The notes under the pieces were generated by a model. The model searched no databases. It was given only the letters and a program-made list of their open reading frames with translations, and was not told the origin of the DNA. DNA of 64,000 nt from Chloroflexota bacterium (lineage in GTDB: Bacteria; Chloroflexota; Limnocylindria; P2-11E), in NCBI GenBank assembly GCA_005883625.1, contig VBDU01000034.1:4160-68159 (forward strand), read 5' to 3'. Positions 8,775 to 17,638 of this stretch are shown one piece after another. A program made the translations under genes and the position numbers. Numbering within the stretch: position 1 is the first letter of the stretch; every line of letters starts with the position of its first letter.

Positions 8775-9809
8775 CTAGGCGCCGCCCACGAGGAGATCGC
8801 TCAGCTCGGGATCCCCCGGCCGACGCGCCGCCCTGACCTGATCCCAGGTGCAGTCCTTTGGATCCTTGTCCGGGCGGAACCGTAGGAACCGCGTCCCGTG
8901 GCGGAAGCGCTCCTCCTCCATCTTGTCGAAGCGCACCTCGCAGACGATCTCGGGCCGCACCTCGTGCCACGGAAGATCGCGGCCCTGCGACCAGCGCGAG
9001 CCGCCCTCGGGTGTGCGGCCCCACTCCTGTTCCGTCCCCAGATGCCCCTCCTCGCGGAGCGGCGGCAACAGCTTCTGGAGCTGCGCCTGGAGCGGGCCCG
9101 CGATCCCCGAGGTGTGGCCGACGAAGTCGAGCGTGCCGTCGTCACGGAAGAGGCCGAGAAGCAGGGAGGCGATCCGCGTACCGCTCGTCCGGTAGCCCAC
9201 GATCACACAGTCGGCGGTCTTGTGGTGCTTGACCTTCGAGACCGCGTCGCGCGACCCGGGCCTGTACGGGAGGTCGAGGCGCTTCGCGATCACGCCGTCG
9301 AGCCCGATGACCTCCAGGCGCTCGAGCCAGTGCGCCGCGACCGCGGCGTCGCGCGAGATCGGCGAGAGCCGGAAGCCCTTGGCATGGCGCTCGAGCTCCG
9401 CGCGGCGCTCGGCCAGCGGCCGCTCGTGCACGGCCTCGCCGCGCCAGAGGAGGATGTCGAACGCGATGTAGGTGGCCGGCGTCTCCGCGGAGAGCTTGCG
9501 GATCCGCGACTCCGCAGGGTGCAGGCGCATCTGCATCGCGTCGAAGTCGAGACGCCCGCCGAGCTCGATGACGATCTCTCCGTCGAGCGCCGAGTGCGGT
9601 GGGAGCATGGGGCCCAGCGTCCGCAGCTCGGGGAAGTAACGTAGCAGCGGACGGCCGTTGCGGCTCCACAGGGCGAGCTCGCCGCCGTCGTTCTCCAACA
9701 CGCCGCGGAAGCCATCCCACTTCGGCTCGTACTGCCAGCGGTCTCCAGTGGGCAGCTGTTCGACGAGCTGTGCCTCCATCGGCGGGAACGGGACGTTGGG
9801 TCCGGGCAT
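8775..9809 (-). CDS. ATP-dependent DNA ligase (LigC / LigD ligase-domain type).
   Basis: WQYEPKWDGFRGV is a KxDG-type adenylation motif in its ligase context. EGVIAKRLDLPYRPG and the C-terminal OB-fold region are present. The start was chosen at MPGPNVPFPPMEA (9809); the listed ORF extends to 9887. Confidence 0.8.
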   Translation of the reverse strand: MPGPNVPFPPMEAQLVEQLPTGDRWQYEPKWDGFRGVLENDGGELALWSRNGRPLLRYFPELRTLGPMLPPHSALDGEIVIELGGRLDFDAMQMRLHPAESRIRKLSAETPATYIAFDILLWRGEAVHERPLAERRAELERHAKGFRLSPISRDAAVAAHWLERLEVIGLDGVIAKRLDLPYRPGSRDAVSKVKHHKTADCVIVGYRTSGTRIASLLLGLFRDDGTLDFVGHTSGIAGPLQAQLQKLLPPLREEGHLGTEQEWGRTPEGGSRWSQGRDLPWHEVRPEIVCEVRFDKMEEERFRHGTRFLRFRPDKDPKDCTWDQVRAARRPGDPELSDLLVGGA

Positions 9810-9974
9810 CAGCCGTTCGCCGGCAAGGCGCAGGCGGTCCATGCGACCGAGGGTAGTGAAGGGCAGGGATGGTCGCCGCCGGCGCATCGCGTCCAGACGA
9901 GAGCGAGGCCCTCCACCGGTCGCTCCCCACGCCGCCGGTGAAGGACCTCGCGGATGAGTGCTGGGGCTAGCTGC

Positions 9975-10265
9975 CTATTTGCCGCGCTTCGCGAGTACCG
10001 CGTCCTTGGCCTGCTTGGCGATCCGGAACTTGAGCACGCGCTTCGCGGGGATCGAGATCGGCTGACCCGTCGCGGGGTTGCGGCCCATCCGGGCCTTGCG
10101 GTCGACGACGACGAGCTTGCCGACACCGGGGATGGTGAAGCCGTTGCGCGCTTCCTTGTACGCGAGGCCCGCGAGCTCGTCGAGGAACAAGGCGACCTGC
10201 TTCTTGGTCATCCCCATTTTCTCAGAGAGCCGATTCATGGTCTCGGACTTCGAGATCCCAGCCAC
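9975..10265 (-). CDS. hup: HU-family nucleoid DNA-binding protein.
   Basis: Carries the HU signature GFTIPGVGKLVVVDRKARMGRNPATGQPI. The true start may be the internal MNRLSEK. Confidence 0.85.
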   Translation of the reverse strand: MAGISKSETMNRLSEKMGMTKKQVALFLDELAGLAYKEARNGFTIPGVGKLVVVDRKARMGRNPATGQPISIPAKRVLKFRIAKQAKDAVLAKRGK

Positions 10266-10330
10266 GTATTCCTCCAGTTCGGCCTACCCGGCCTGTTTCG
10301 CGCGCATTCTGCACGAACGCACAAGATGTC

Positions 10331-10355
10331 GAGGGGCAAGGCCCCTCGGCCCCCA
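10331..10355. repeat. REP-like GC hairpin of the GGGGC-NNN-GCCCC + GGCCCCC family.
   Basis: The sequence is gaggggc-aag-gcccctc-ggccccc, lying in the 517-bp spacer between hup and acs. Confidence 0.5.
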
Positions 10356-10782
10356 ACGGCGCATCATCGTCACTGTGACGCTGAGGGTCGCCGACGAGCC
10401 GCCCGACCGGCCCGAGTGGCTGCGGGAGACGATCCGCCTCTTGGTCGAGAGCACCACGGACGAGCGCGCTCACCTCCTCGCCATCGTCGATTCGGCCCCC
10501 GAGGCGGAGCTGCGCCGAGCCCGGTCCGACCGGCCAGCCCCGCCCGGCGGCGTCCGCCACGACGCGCACGGGTATAGCCGCCCTTGCCGCCAGGGCCGCG
10601 GCGACCTGCGACCGCCTTCGCGCCGACTTCCCAGGCGAGCCCGACGCCGCGCGGACCGCTCGGCACCCCTACTTCGGCGATTTGAATTGTTTCGGCTGGC
10701 TCCTCATGCTCCCGATTCACTACAAAGGTCATCTCGCGGCGCTCCGCGCCGGTCGGCCAAGCGCGCTCTAGGGGAGGACGAC

Positions 10783-12747
10783 ATGGCGACAGAGACCAAG
10801 AGCGGCACCGCGCTCGAGACCTTCGCCCAGGAAGACCGGACCTTCCCGCCGCCCCGGGAGTTCGCCGCCCAGGCGAACGCCAGCGACCCCGGGATCTACG
10901 AGCGGGCCGAGCGGGACGTGGAGGGCTTCTGGGCGGAGCACGCGCGCACACTCCAGTGGCGCAGGCCGTTCACCAAGGTCCTCGAATGGCAAGCCCCGTA
11001 CGCGAAGTGGTTCCTGGGGGGAGAGCTGAACATCTCCGAGAACTGCCTCGACCGCCACGTCAAGGCCGGCCGCGGGACGAAGGTCGCCTACTACTGGGAG
11101 GGCGAGCCGGGCGACACCCGTGCCGTGACCTTCAAGGAGCTGCTCGACATGACCTCCCGCTGCGCGAACGCCCTGAAGGAGCTCGGCGTCCGCAAGGGGG
11201 ACCGCGTGGCGATCTACATGCCGATGATCCCGGAGCTGCCCGCCGCCATGCTCGCGTGCGCGCGGATCGGCGCGCCGTTCACCGTGGTGTTCGGAGGCTT
11301 CAGCCCAGAGGCGCTCGCCGGGCGTATCAACGACTCCGAGGCGAAGGTGCTCGTCACGGCCGACGGCGGCTACCGCAAAGGCAACGTCGTGCCGCTGAAG
11401 AAGAACTCCGACGACGCGATCGCGCAGACGAAGACGATCGAGAAGGTCCTGGTGGTGAAGCGAACGAACCAGGACGTGCCGTGGACGAGCGAGCGTGATG
11501 TGTGGTGGCACGAGATCGTCGACCGGCAGAAGCCGGAGTGCCCGGCCGAGTCACTGGACAGCGAGCACATGCTCTACCTGCTCTACACCTCCGGGACCAC
11601 GGCGAAGCCGAAGGGGATCGTGCACACGACCGCGGGCTACCTCACCGGGATCATGGCGACGCACAAGCTCATCTTCGACGTCAAGGACGACGACGTCTAC
11701 TGGTGCGCGGCCGACATCGGCTGGGTCACCGGACACAGCTACATCGTGTTCGCGCCGCTCGCGAACGGGACCACCGGCGTCATCTACGAAGGGACGCCCG
11801 ACTTCCCGGACAAGGACCGGTGGTGGTCGATCATCGAGAAGTACAAGGTCAGGGTCCTGTACTGCGCGCCCACCGCGATCCGCACGTTCATGAAGTGGGG
11901 GTCCGAGTATCCGGAGAAGCACGACATTCGCTCGCTCCGACTCCTCGGCACGGTCGGCGAGCCGATCAACCCCGAAGCCTGGCTGTGGTACCACGAGCAC
12001 ATCGGCGGCTCGCGCTGCCCGATCGTCGACACGTGGTGGATGACGGAGACCGGGATGATCCTCATCACGCCGCTCCCCGGGATCACGACGTGCAAGCCGG
12101 GCAGTGCGACGTTCCCCTTCCCTGGCGTCCGGGCCGACGTCGTCGACGAGAACGGCAAGAGCGTGCCGAAGGGCGGCGCGGGCTACCTCGTCATCACGAA
12201 TCCCTGGCCCGCGATGCTCCGCGGCATCTACAAGGATGACCAGCGGTACCGGGAGACGTACTGGTCGCGGTTCCCGGGCAAGTTCCTCGCTGGCGACGGC
12301 GCGCGGCGCGACAAAGACGGCTACTTCTGGCTCATGGGTCGCGTCGACGACGTGATGAAGATCTCGGGCCACCGCATCTCGACGACCGAGGTCGAGTCCG
12401 CGCTCGTATCGCACCCTAAGGTCGCGGAGGCGGCGGTGATCGGTCGCGAAGACCCGGTGACGACTCAAGCGATCTTCGCGTTCGTCACGCTCCGCGCCGG
12501 GAATGAAAGCAGCGAAGCGCTCTCGAGGGAGCTGCGCGAGCACGTGGTCGCGAAGATCGGCTCGATCGCGCGTCCGAAGACGATCATGTTCACGCCCGAG
12601 CTGCCGAAGACACGCTCCGGGAAGATCATGCGACGGCTCCTGCGAGACATCGCGAACGGGCAATCACTCGGCGATACGACGACGCTCGCGGACGCGACGG
12701 TGGTCGACACGATCCGGACGGCGAGCGCGGCGGGCAAGGAGGAGTAG
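10783..12747 (+). CDS. acs: Acetyl-CoA synthetase (AMP-forming).
   Basis: 654 aa. Motifs include FWAEHA, YTSGTTAKPKG and ISGHRISTTEVESAL. GGGGAGGA lies 6 nt upstream of the ATG. Confidence 0.95.
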   Translation: MATETKSGTALETFAQEDRTFPPPREFAAQANASDPGIYERAERDVEGFWAEHARTLQWRRPFTKVLEWQAPYAKWFLGGELNISENCLDRHVKAGRGTKVAYYWEGEPGDTRAVTFKELLDMTSRCANALKELGVRKGDRVAIYMPMIPELPAAMLACARIGAPFTVVFGGFSPEALAGRINDSEAKVLVTADGGYRKGNVVPLKKNSDDAIAQTKTIEKVLVVKRTNQDVPWTSERDVWWHEIVDRQKPECPAESLDSEHMLYLLYTSGTTAKPKGIVHTTAGYLTGIMATHKLIFDVKDDDVYWCAADIGWVTGHSYIVFAPLANGTTGVIYEGTPDFPDKDRWWSIIEKYKVRVLYCAPTAIRTFMKWGSEYPEKHDIRSLRLLGTVGEPINPEAWLWYHEHIGGSRCPIVDTWWMTETGMILITPLPGITTCKPGSATFPFPGVRADVVDENGKSVPKGGAGYLVITNPWPAMLRGIYKDDQRYRETYWSRFPGKFLAGDGARRDKDGYFWLMGRVDDVMKISGHRISTTEVESALVSHPKVAEAAVIGREDPVTTQAIFAFVTLRAGNESSEALSRELREHVVAKIGSIARPKTIMFTPELPKTRSGKIMRRLLRDIANGQSLGDTTTLADATVVDTIRTASAAGKEE

Positions 12748-12924
12748 CCATTCGAGCATAACTCCCCCACAAAACAAGGGAGTCGCGCGAGTTGACGCCG
12801 CTCGGCCGAAGCCCTAGACAACCGCGCTGACCAGAGCGCCAGGTGGTGGGAGGTGGCGGGCCGAGCAAACAAGCAGGGTGTCTGATCCGAGAATCGCTCG
12901 ACGTGTCGCGATTGGAGGGGGAAC

Positions 12925-14457
12925 TTGGCAACGACAACGACCGCCGTGCGGACGGTGACGCGGCCGACGTACGGTCTGCCGTTCGTGATCACGGCCGCGT
13001 CGGCAGGAACGATCATCGAGTGGTACGACTTCTATCTCTACGCGACGCTTACGCCGTTCCTCGCGCCGATCTTCTTCCCGAGCGATAACCCGACCGCCTC
13101 GGCGCTCTCGGCGTTCGCCGCGTATGCGGCGGGCTTCCTGGTGCGTCCGTTCGGCGCGGTGGTCTTCGGTGCGCTCGGCGACATCATCGGCCGCAAGTAC
13201 ACGTTCCTCGTCACGATCACGGTCATGGGCATCGCTACGGTCCTCGTCGGCCTCCTGCCGACGTACGCGCAGATCGGCGTCATCGCCCCGATCATCCTCG
13301 TCGTCCTGCGCCTCGCGCAGGGCCTCGCGCTCGGCGGCGAGTACGGCGGCGCCGCGATCTACGTCGCCGAGCACGCGCCGGACAACAAGCGCGGCCTCTA
13401 CACGTCGTGGATCCAGACGACCGCGACGCTCGGATTCTTCCTCGCGCTCGCGATCATCCTGTTCTTCCGCCTCAACATGAGCGCGCAGGACTTCGCGTCG
13501 CAGGGCTGGCGGTATCCCTTCTGGATCTCGGCGGTCCTCGTGGTGCTCGCGCTCTACATCCGCATCAAGCTGCAGGAGACGCCGCTCTTCGCGCGCCTCA
13601 AGCAGGCCAAGCAGAGCGTCACCGGCGCCGGCAACTGGGCCAGCGAAGCGTTCAGCGGCCGCAAGATCGGGACGATCCTCCTGGTCCTGATCGGCCTCAC
13701 CGCCGGCCAGGGCGTCGTCTGGTACCAGGGTCAGTTCCAGGCGAACTTCTTCATGACCACGTATCTCAAGCTCACGTTCCAGCAGTCCTACACGATCATG
13801 CTCTGGGCGGTCGCGCTCGGGACGCCGTTCTTCCTCGTCTTCGGCTGGCTCTCCGACAAGATCGGCCGCAAAGTGATCATCCTCGCGGGCTGCCTCATCG
13901 CCGCGGTCACCTACCTGCCGATCTACCACGCGATGACCGACGCCGCGAACGTGAAGCGGGACGCGACCGGGCTCATCACCGGTGCCGACCCGAACACACC
14001 GCTCCTCGTCGCCCTGGTGTGGATCCAGGTCATCTACGTGACGATGGTGTACGGCCCGATCGCGGCGTTCCTCGTCGAATACTTCCGCGCGAAGGTGCGC
14101 TACACCTCGCTCTCGATCCCGTACCACTTCGGGAACGGCTGGTTCGGCGGCATGCTGCCGCTGCTCTTCACCGCGCTCGTCGGCGCGACCTATCCGGAGG
14201 GCAGCAAGTCGTACGTGCCATTCCTGACCAACTTCTTCGGCCTGCCGATTAAGACCAACTGGGACCTACGCCAGTTCAACATGACGAACGATCCGAACGG
14301 GAACCCGTACCTGGGGCTCGCGTACGTGATGACCGTCGCGGTCATGACGGTGGTCGTCGGCACGCTCTTCCTACGTGAGCCGCGCGGCGCCAAGATCTGG
14401 TCAGAGGTCGGCGGCGAAGAGCCGGGCCTCATGACCGAGGCGACGCCGGCGGACTAG
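12925..14457 (+). CDS. MFS transporter of the metabolite:H+ symporter (MHS) family.
   Basis: 510 aa with 12 TMS. The MHS-type N-terminal signature EWYDFYLYATLTPFLAPIFF and GRKYTFL are present. Confidence 0.8.
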   Translation: MATTTTAVRTVTRPTYGLPFVITAASAGTIIEWYDFYLYATLTPFLAPIFFPSDNPTASALSAFAAYAAGFLVRPFGAVVFGALGDIIGRKYTFLVTITVMGIATVLVGLLPTYAQIGVIAPIILVVLRLAQGLALGGEYGGAAIYVAEHAPDNKRGLYTSWIQTTATLGFFLALAIILFFRLNMSAQDFASQGWRYPFWISAVLVVLALYIRIKLQETPLFARLKQAKQSVTGAGNWASEAFSGRKIGTILLVLIGLTAGQGVVWYQGQFQANFFMTTYLKLTFQQSYTIMLWAVALGTPFFLVFGWLSDKIGRKVIILAGCLIAAVTYLPIYHAMTDAANVKRDATGLITGADPNTPLLVALVWIQVIYVTMVYGPIAAFLVEYFRAKVRYTSLSIPYHFGNGWFGGMLPLLFTALVGATYPEGSKSYVPFLTNFFGLPIKTNWDLRQFNMTNDPNGNPYLGLAYVMTVAVMTVVVGTLFLREPRGAKIWSEVGGEEPGLMTEATPAD

Positions 14458-14480
14458 CGCGTTCTGACCGAGCCCGCGAA

Positions 14481-14520
14481 GGGAGGGAGGACCGTGAGGC
14501 CTCCCTCCTTTCATTTCATT
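14481..14520. terminator. Bidirectional intrinsic terminator.
   Basis: The stem GGGAGGGAGG/CCTCCCTCC closes a 9-nt loop and is followed by TTTCATTTCATT. It sits between the convergent MHS transporter and a small minus-strand ORF. Confidence 0.6.
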
Positions 14521-14716
14521 CGCCGAGCCGCTCGCGGCGGGCCGCCTCCGCGCGGTCGGCGTCGAGGCCCGTCCGCGCGTGCCACGACTCCCACCCTTCC
14601 CAGTTCGCCATGAAGAACGTGTAGCAGACGAGGTAGACCGCGGCGAGGACGCAAATGGTCGCGCCGAGGACGAGGAACGCGGCGAGCGGATCGCCGACGG
14701 TCTCGAGCCGGCCCAT
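14516..14716 (-). CDS. Small single-TM membrane protein (hypothetical).
   Basis: 66 aa with a hydrophobic core AAFLVLGATICVLAAVYLVCYTFF. Its coding nature is uncertain. Confidence 0.35.
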   Translation of the reverse strand: MGRLETVGDPLAAFLVLGATICVLAAVYLVCYTFFMANWEGWESWHARTGLDADRAEAARRERLGE

Positions 14717-14739
14717 CGGTCAGAGCCTACGCTCCGGCC

Positions 14740-15939
14740 GTGGCGACGCTGCGCGGTCTCCTCGAGCTCCGCGGGCCGCTCCTCGTCCTCGCGGTCATCG
14801 CATTCGTGTCCGCGATGGGCATCTCGATCATGCTGCCCTTGCTACCGCTGTACGGGCTCTCGCTTGGGGCGAGTCCGGTGCTCCTCGGCCTCATGACCAG
14901 CGGCTTCGCGATCGCGAACTCGGTCGCTCAGCTCGTCGCGGGCTTCGTCACCGAGCGGTACGGCTCGCGTCGGCTGATCCTCGCCGGGACGGGCACGTAC
15001 GCGGTCGCGAACGCGCTCATCGCGACCGCCCCCTCCGCGGTAGCGCTCATCGCCTACCGCTCGTTCGCGGGTCTCGGCGCCGGGGCGAACCTCGTGTCGA
15101 CCCGCCTGTACATCGCCGAGGTCGCCGATCCCGCCCGGATGGCGTTCGTCAACGGCGTTCTCTCCGCAGCGAACTCCGCCGGCAACGTCGTCGGTCCCGC
15201 GTTCGGCGGGCTCCTCGCGGTCGCGAGCGACCTTCGCACGCCCTTCGCAGTCGTCGCGGCGACGAGCGGTCTGGCGTTTCTCGCGGCGACTCTGCTCGCG
15301 AAGCCGCGACCGCATGCGGGGGCCGTCGCCAGGGACGCCGCCGCGCCGGCATCGGCGTTGAACCGTGGCGTCGTCGCGCTCCTGCTCGCGAACTTCGGAT
15401 TGCTCGTCGCCTTCGGCGCGTGGATCACGAGCTACGCGCCTTTCGCGACGACCCGGCTAGGCTGGACGACGTTCGACGTGGGGATCATCTTCACGATCTT
15501 CGGCATCGGCGACATCACCCTCGGCCCCTGGCTGGCGCACCTCGCGGACCGCACCGGGCGCCGGCGGATCGGGATCCTCGCCACGATCCCGATCACCGCG
15601 TTCGGCCTGGCGCTCGTTCTCGGCATGCCGCGTCTGGTGGTCTACGCGGTCAGCTTCGTGACCGGCTCTGGACTGACGGCGTTCAACGCGTCGTGGTTCG
15701 CTCTTCTCACCGAACAGGTGCCGGCCGCGCGGCGGGGTCGCGTGTTCGGCGTCGTGAGCGCCGTCGGTAATCTCGGCACGGTCACTGGGGCCATCGCGGC
15801 GTCCCTGCTCTGGCAGTACCTCGATCTCGCGCTCGGTCTCTACCTCGCGAGCGCGGCGACGGCGCTTGCCGGCGTCGCCCTGCTCTTCGTTCCCTCGCGA
15901 CTTTCGGCCGCGGCGGTCGGCGCCGCCGCGGCGAGCTAG
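14740..15939 (+). CDS. MFS transporter.
   Basis: 399 aa with 12 predicted TMS and the typical MFS loop motif GFVTERYGSRR. Confidence 0.8.
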   Translation: MATLRGLLELRGPLLVLAVIAFVSAMGISIMLPLLPLYGLSLGASPVLLGLMTSGFAIANSVAQLVAGFVTERYGSRRLILAGTGTYAVANALIATAPSAVALIAYRSFAGLGAGANLVSTRLYIAEVADPARMAFVNGVLSAANSAGNVVGPAFGGLLAVASDLRTPFAVVAATSGLAFLAATLLAKPRPHAGAVARDAAAPASALNRGVVALLLANFGLLVAFGAWITSYAPFATTRLGWTTFDVGIIFTIFGIGDITLGPWLAHLADRTGRRRIGILATIPITAFGLALVLGMPRLVVYAVSFVTGSGLTAFNASWFALLTEQVPAARRGRVFGVVSAVGNLGTVTGAIAASLLWQYLDLALGLYLASAATALAGVALLFVPSRLSAAAVGAAAAS

Positions 15940-15948
15940 CCGGCGAAC

Positions 15949-16563
15949 CTATTCGTTCGCGATGTCGCCGCTGAAGACCTCGTCGTACACGAACGTCCCG
16001 TCCTGTGCCTGCGTGTAGCCGCCTCGATCGGTCCAGTGGTGATAGCGAAGGCTCTGGTCGGGCGAGTTGTACTCGAAGTTGAAGGTGCACTTGCCGCTGC
16101 CGGTGTTGCACGTGAAGGTCGCGCCGCCCGCGCCGAACGTGGTGGTGAGGAACCCCGCCAGCGTGCTGCAGGTCGCCTGCGTGCACGCGTCGGGGCTGAA
16201 CGTCGCGCTCGTGACGGTGCCCTCGAGGAAGCCCTGGAAGTGCCCCTGCGCTCCCGCGGCGACGGTGCTGCCGTGCTGACCCTGCGTTTCGCAGGCGCCG
16301 GGGCTGACAGGACCCGACGTGACGAAGCGTCCCTCCCTGAACTCCTCACGGACGGCGAACGTTCCGTCGCCGTTGTCGTGAACCTTGAAGAGCCGCTGGA
16401 ACATGTCGATCGCCCAGGGCTGCGAGCAGCTCCCGTTGTCGGTGGAGGTCGAATCGAACGGCCCGATCTGCTGAGTACCGTTGTCGTCACCTGCGAGCGC
16501 GATGGCGGGTACGAGCGCGAGCGAAAGGAACAGCGCGCCGGCGAAAACCACGATCCGCCTCAT
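15949..16563 (-). CDS. Secreted hypothetical protein (Thr/Gly/Ser-rich, possibly beta-sandwich).
   Basis: Signal peptide MRRIVVFAGALFLSLALVPAIALA. GGGGGAGG precedes the ATG. There is no catalytic motif. Confidence 0.55.
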   Translation of the reverse strand: MRRIVVFAGALFLSLALVPAIALAGDDNGTQQIGPFDSTSTDNGSCSQPWAIDMFQRLFKVHDNGDGTFAVREEFREGRFVTSGPVSPGACETQGQHGSTVAAGAQGHFQGFLEGTVTSATFSPDACTQATCSTLAGFLTTTFGAGGATFTCNTGSGKCTFNFEYNSPDQSLRYHHWTDRGGYTQAQDGTFVYDEVFSGDIANE

Positions 16564-16713
16564 AGAGGGACCTCCCCCACGCCTTCGGTCTGTCGTCGAA
16601 GCCGGCAATCCTACGCTTGGCGTCGGGAACGACGGGCTCGGGGCTTCGCCTCCCTGGCACCCCTCTTGCCCCATCTCGTCTCGCCCGCCGAGGGCGGGTC
16701 GAAGGAGGAATCG

Positions 16714-16893
16714 ATGGACGACAAGCTTGAGGGCAAGCTCGATCAGGCCAAAGGCAAGGTCAAGGAAGAGGCCGGCAAGCTCGGCGGCGACCGCTCGACC
16801 GAGGTCGGCGGCAAGGTCGATCAGGCCAAGGGCAAGGTCAAGGAAGCCATGGGTGAGCTCAAGGAAGAGCTGAACGACGACGAGGAGCGCTAG
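16714..16893 (+). CDS. csbD: CsbD-family general stress protein.
   Basis: 59 aa with two KLDQAKGKVKE-type repeats. GAAGGAGGA lies 5 nt upstream, and the GC hairpin GCCCGCC-GA-GGGCGGG sits just upstream in the 5'UTR. Confidence 0.85.
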   Translation: MDDKLEGKLDQAKGKVKEEAGKLGGDRSTEVGGKVDQAKGKVKEAMGELKEELNDDEER

Positions 16894-16911
16894 GTCCCGC
16901 TCGGACGTTTA

Positions 16912-16953
16912 GGGCCCGGGCGCACAATTACGCCGATGCGCCCGGGCCTTTTG
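16912..16953 (+). terminator. 12-bp-stem hairpin plus TTTTG after csbD. Its 3' arm contains the ATG of the next gene.
   Basis: The arms GGGCCCGGGCGCA (16912-16924) and TGCGCCCGGGCC (16937-16948) are followed by TTTTGCTG. The ATG at 16936 lies at the base of the 3' arm. Confidence 0.5.
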
Positions 16954-17283
16954 CTGTCCGCGCTCGTGCTGGCGGTCGTCGTGGCCTGCGGCAGCCCCGC
17001 CGCGCCGGGTGCAGGACCGGCCGCCGCGACCGACACCTCGGCCGATCCGGGCGCCGTCATCGTCGCGTCGGCTTCAGAAGGCGAGATCACCGTCGAGATC
17101 ACCGAGCTCATGTGCCTCACCTGTCGCAGCGAGATCGCCGCGGGCTGCCGCAAGATCCCCGGCGTCACCGAGGTCTCGGTCGACCTTGCCGCGCGGACCA
17201 TGACCCTGCGGTTCGATGGCGCGGTGACGAACAAGGAGCGCGTCGTCGCGGCGGTGGAGACGGTCGTCGGCAGCATTCCCTAG
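16936..17283 (+). CDS. Lipoprotein with a heavy-metal-associated (HMA-like, MxCxxC) domain; putative copper chaperone.
   Basis: Lipobox VVACGS. The motif ELMCLTCRSEI is a MCxxC motif in a ferredoxin-like beta-alpha-beta-beta-alpha-beta context. Confidence 0.6.
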   Translation: MRPGLLLSALVLAVVVACGSPAAPGAGPAAATDTSADPGAVIVASASEGEITVEITELMCLTCRSEIAAGCRKIPGVTEVSVDLAARTMTLRFDGAVTNKERVVAAVETVVGSIP

Positions 17284-17413
17284 TTTCCGCGCGATCCTCG
17301 TCGCGCACCACGCTGATCCTCTCGGCCACGCGCTGGGATTCCTCTCCGGCGCCCGCCCCCGATTCCGGGACGGCTGCTTCCTCTACGTCGTCGACGGCGG
17401 CCTCGCGCGGCTC

Positions 17414-17638
17414 GTGCTGACGCGACGGGGCTTCTCGGCGATCACGTTCGGTCACGTCATCGTCTCCGCGCGCGAGCCGACGCCGGCGATCTGGCGCCAT
17501 GAGCTGCGGCACCTCGCGCAGTACGAGCGGATCGGGCTCGCGTTCCTTCCGCTGTACCTCTGGCTCCACTTCAGGCGCGGGTACGCGCGCCATCCATTGG
17601 AGCGAGACGCGGCTGAAGCACCTAGGCTCTTTCCCTAG
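17414..17638 (+). CDS. DUF4157-like HExxH (zincin-like) small ORF. It is N-terminally truncated or uses a non-canonical start.
   Basis: ...GFSAITFGHVIVSAREPTPAIWRHELRHLAQYE resembles the DUF4157 core (AfTvG.dIvF......LLAHELtHvvQ). The in-frame upstream sequence (FRDGCFLYVVDGGLARLVL) continues the domain back to a stop at 17225. There is no ATG/GTG/TTG in between. The TAG overlaps the lpdA GTG (taGTG). Confidence 0.4.
   Translation: MLTRRGFSAITFGHVIVSAREPTPAIWRHELRHLAQYERIGLAFLPLYLWLHFRRGYARHPLERDAAEAPRLFP

Noticed and set aside
10078-10782. 235-codon in-frame extension of acs (ORF track start 10078)
   Set aside because: Acs has its canonical N-terminus and a strong RBS at 10783. The extension overlaps the hup gene on the opposite strand.
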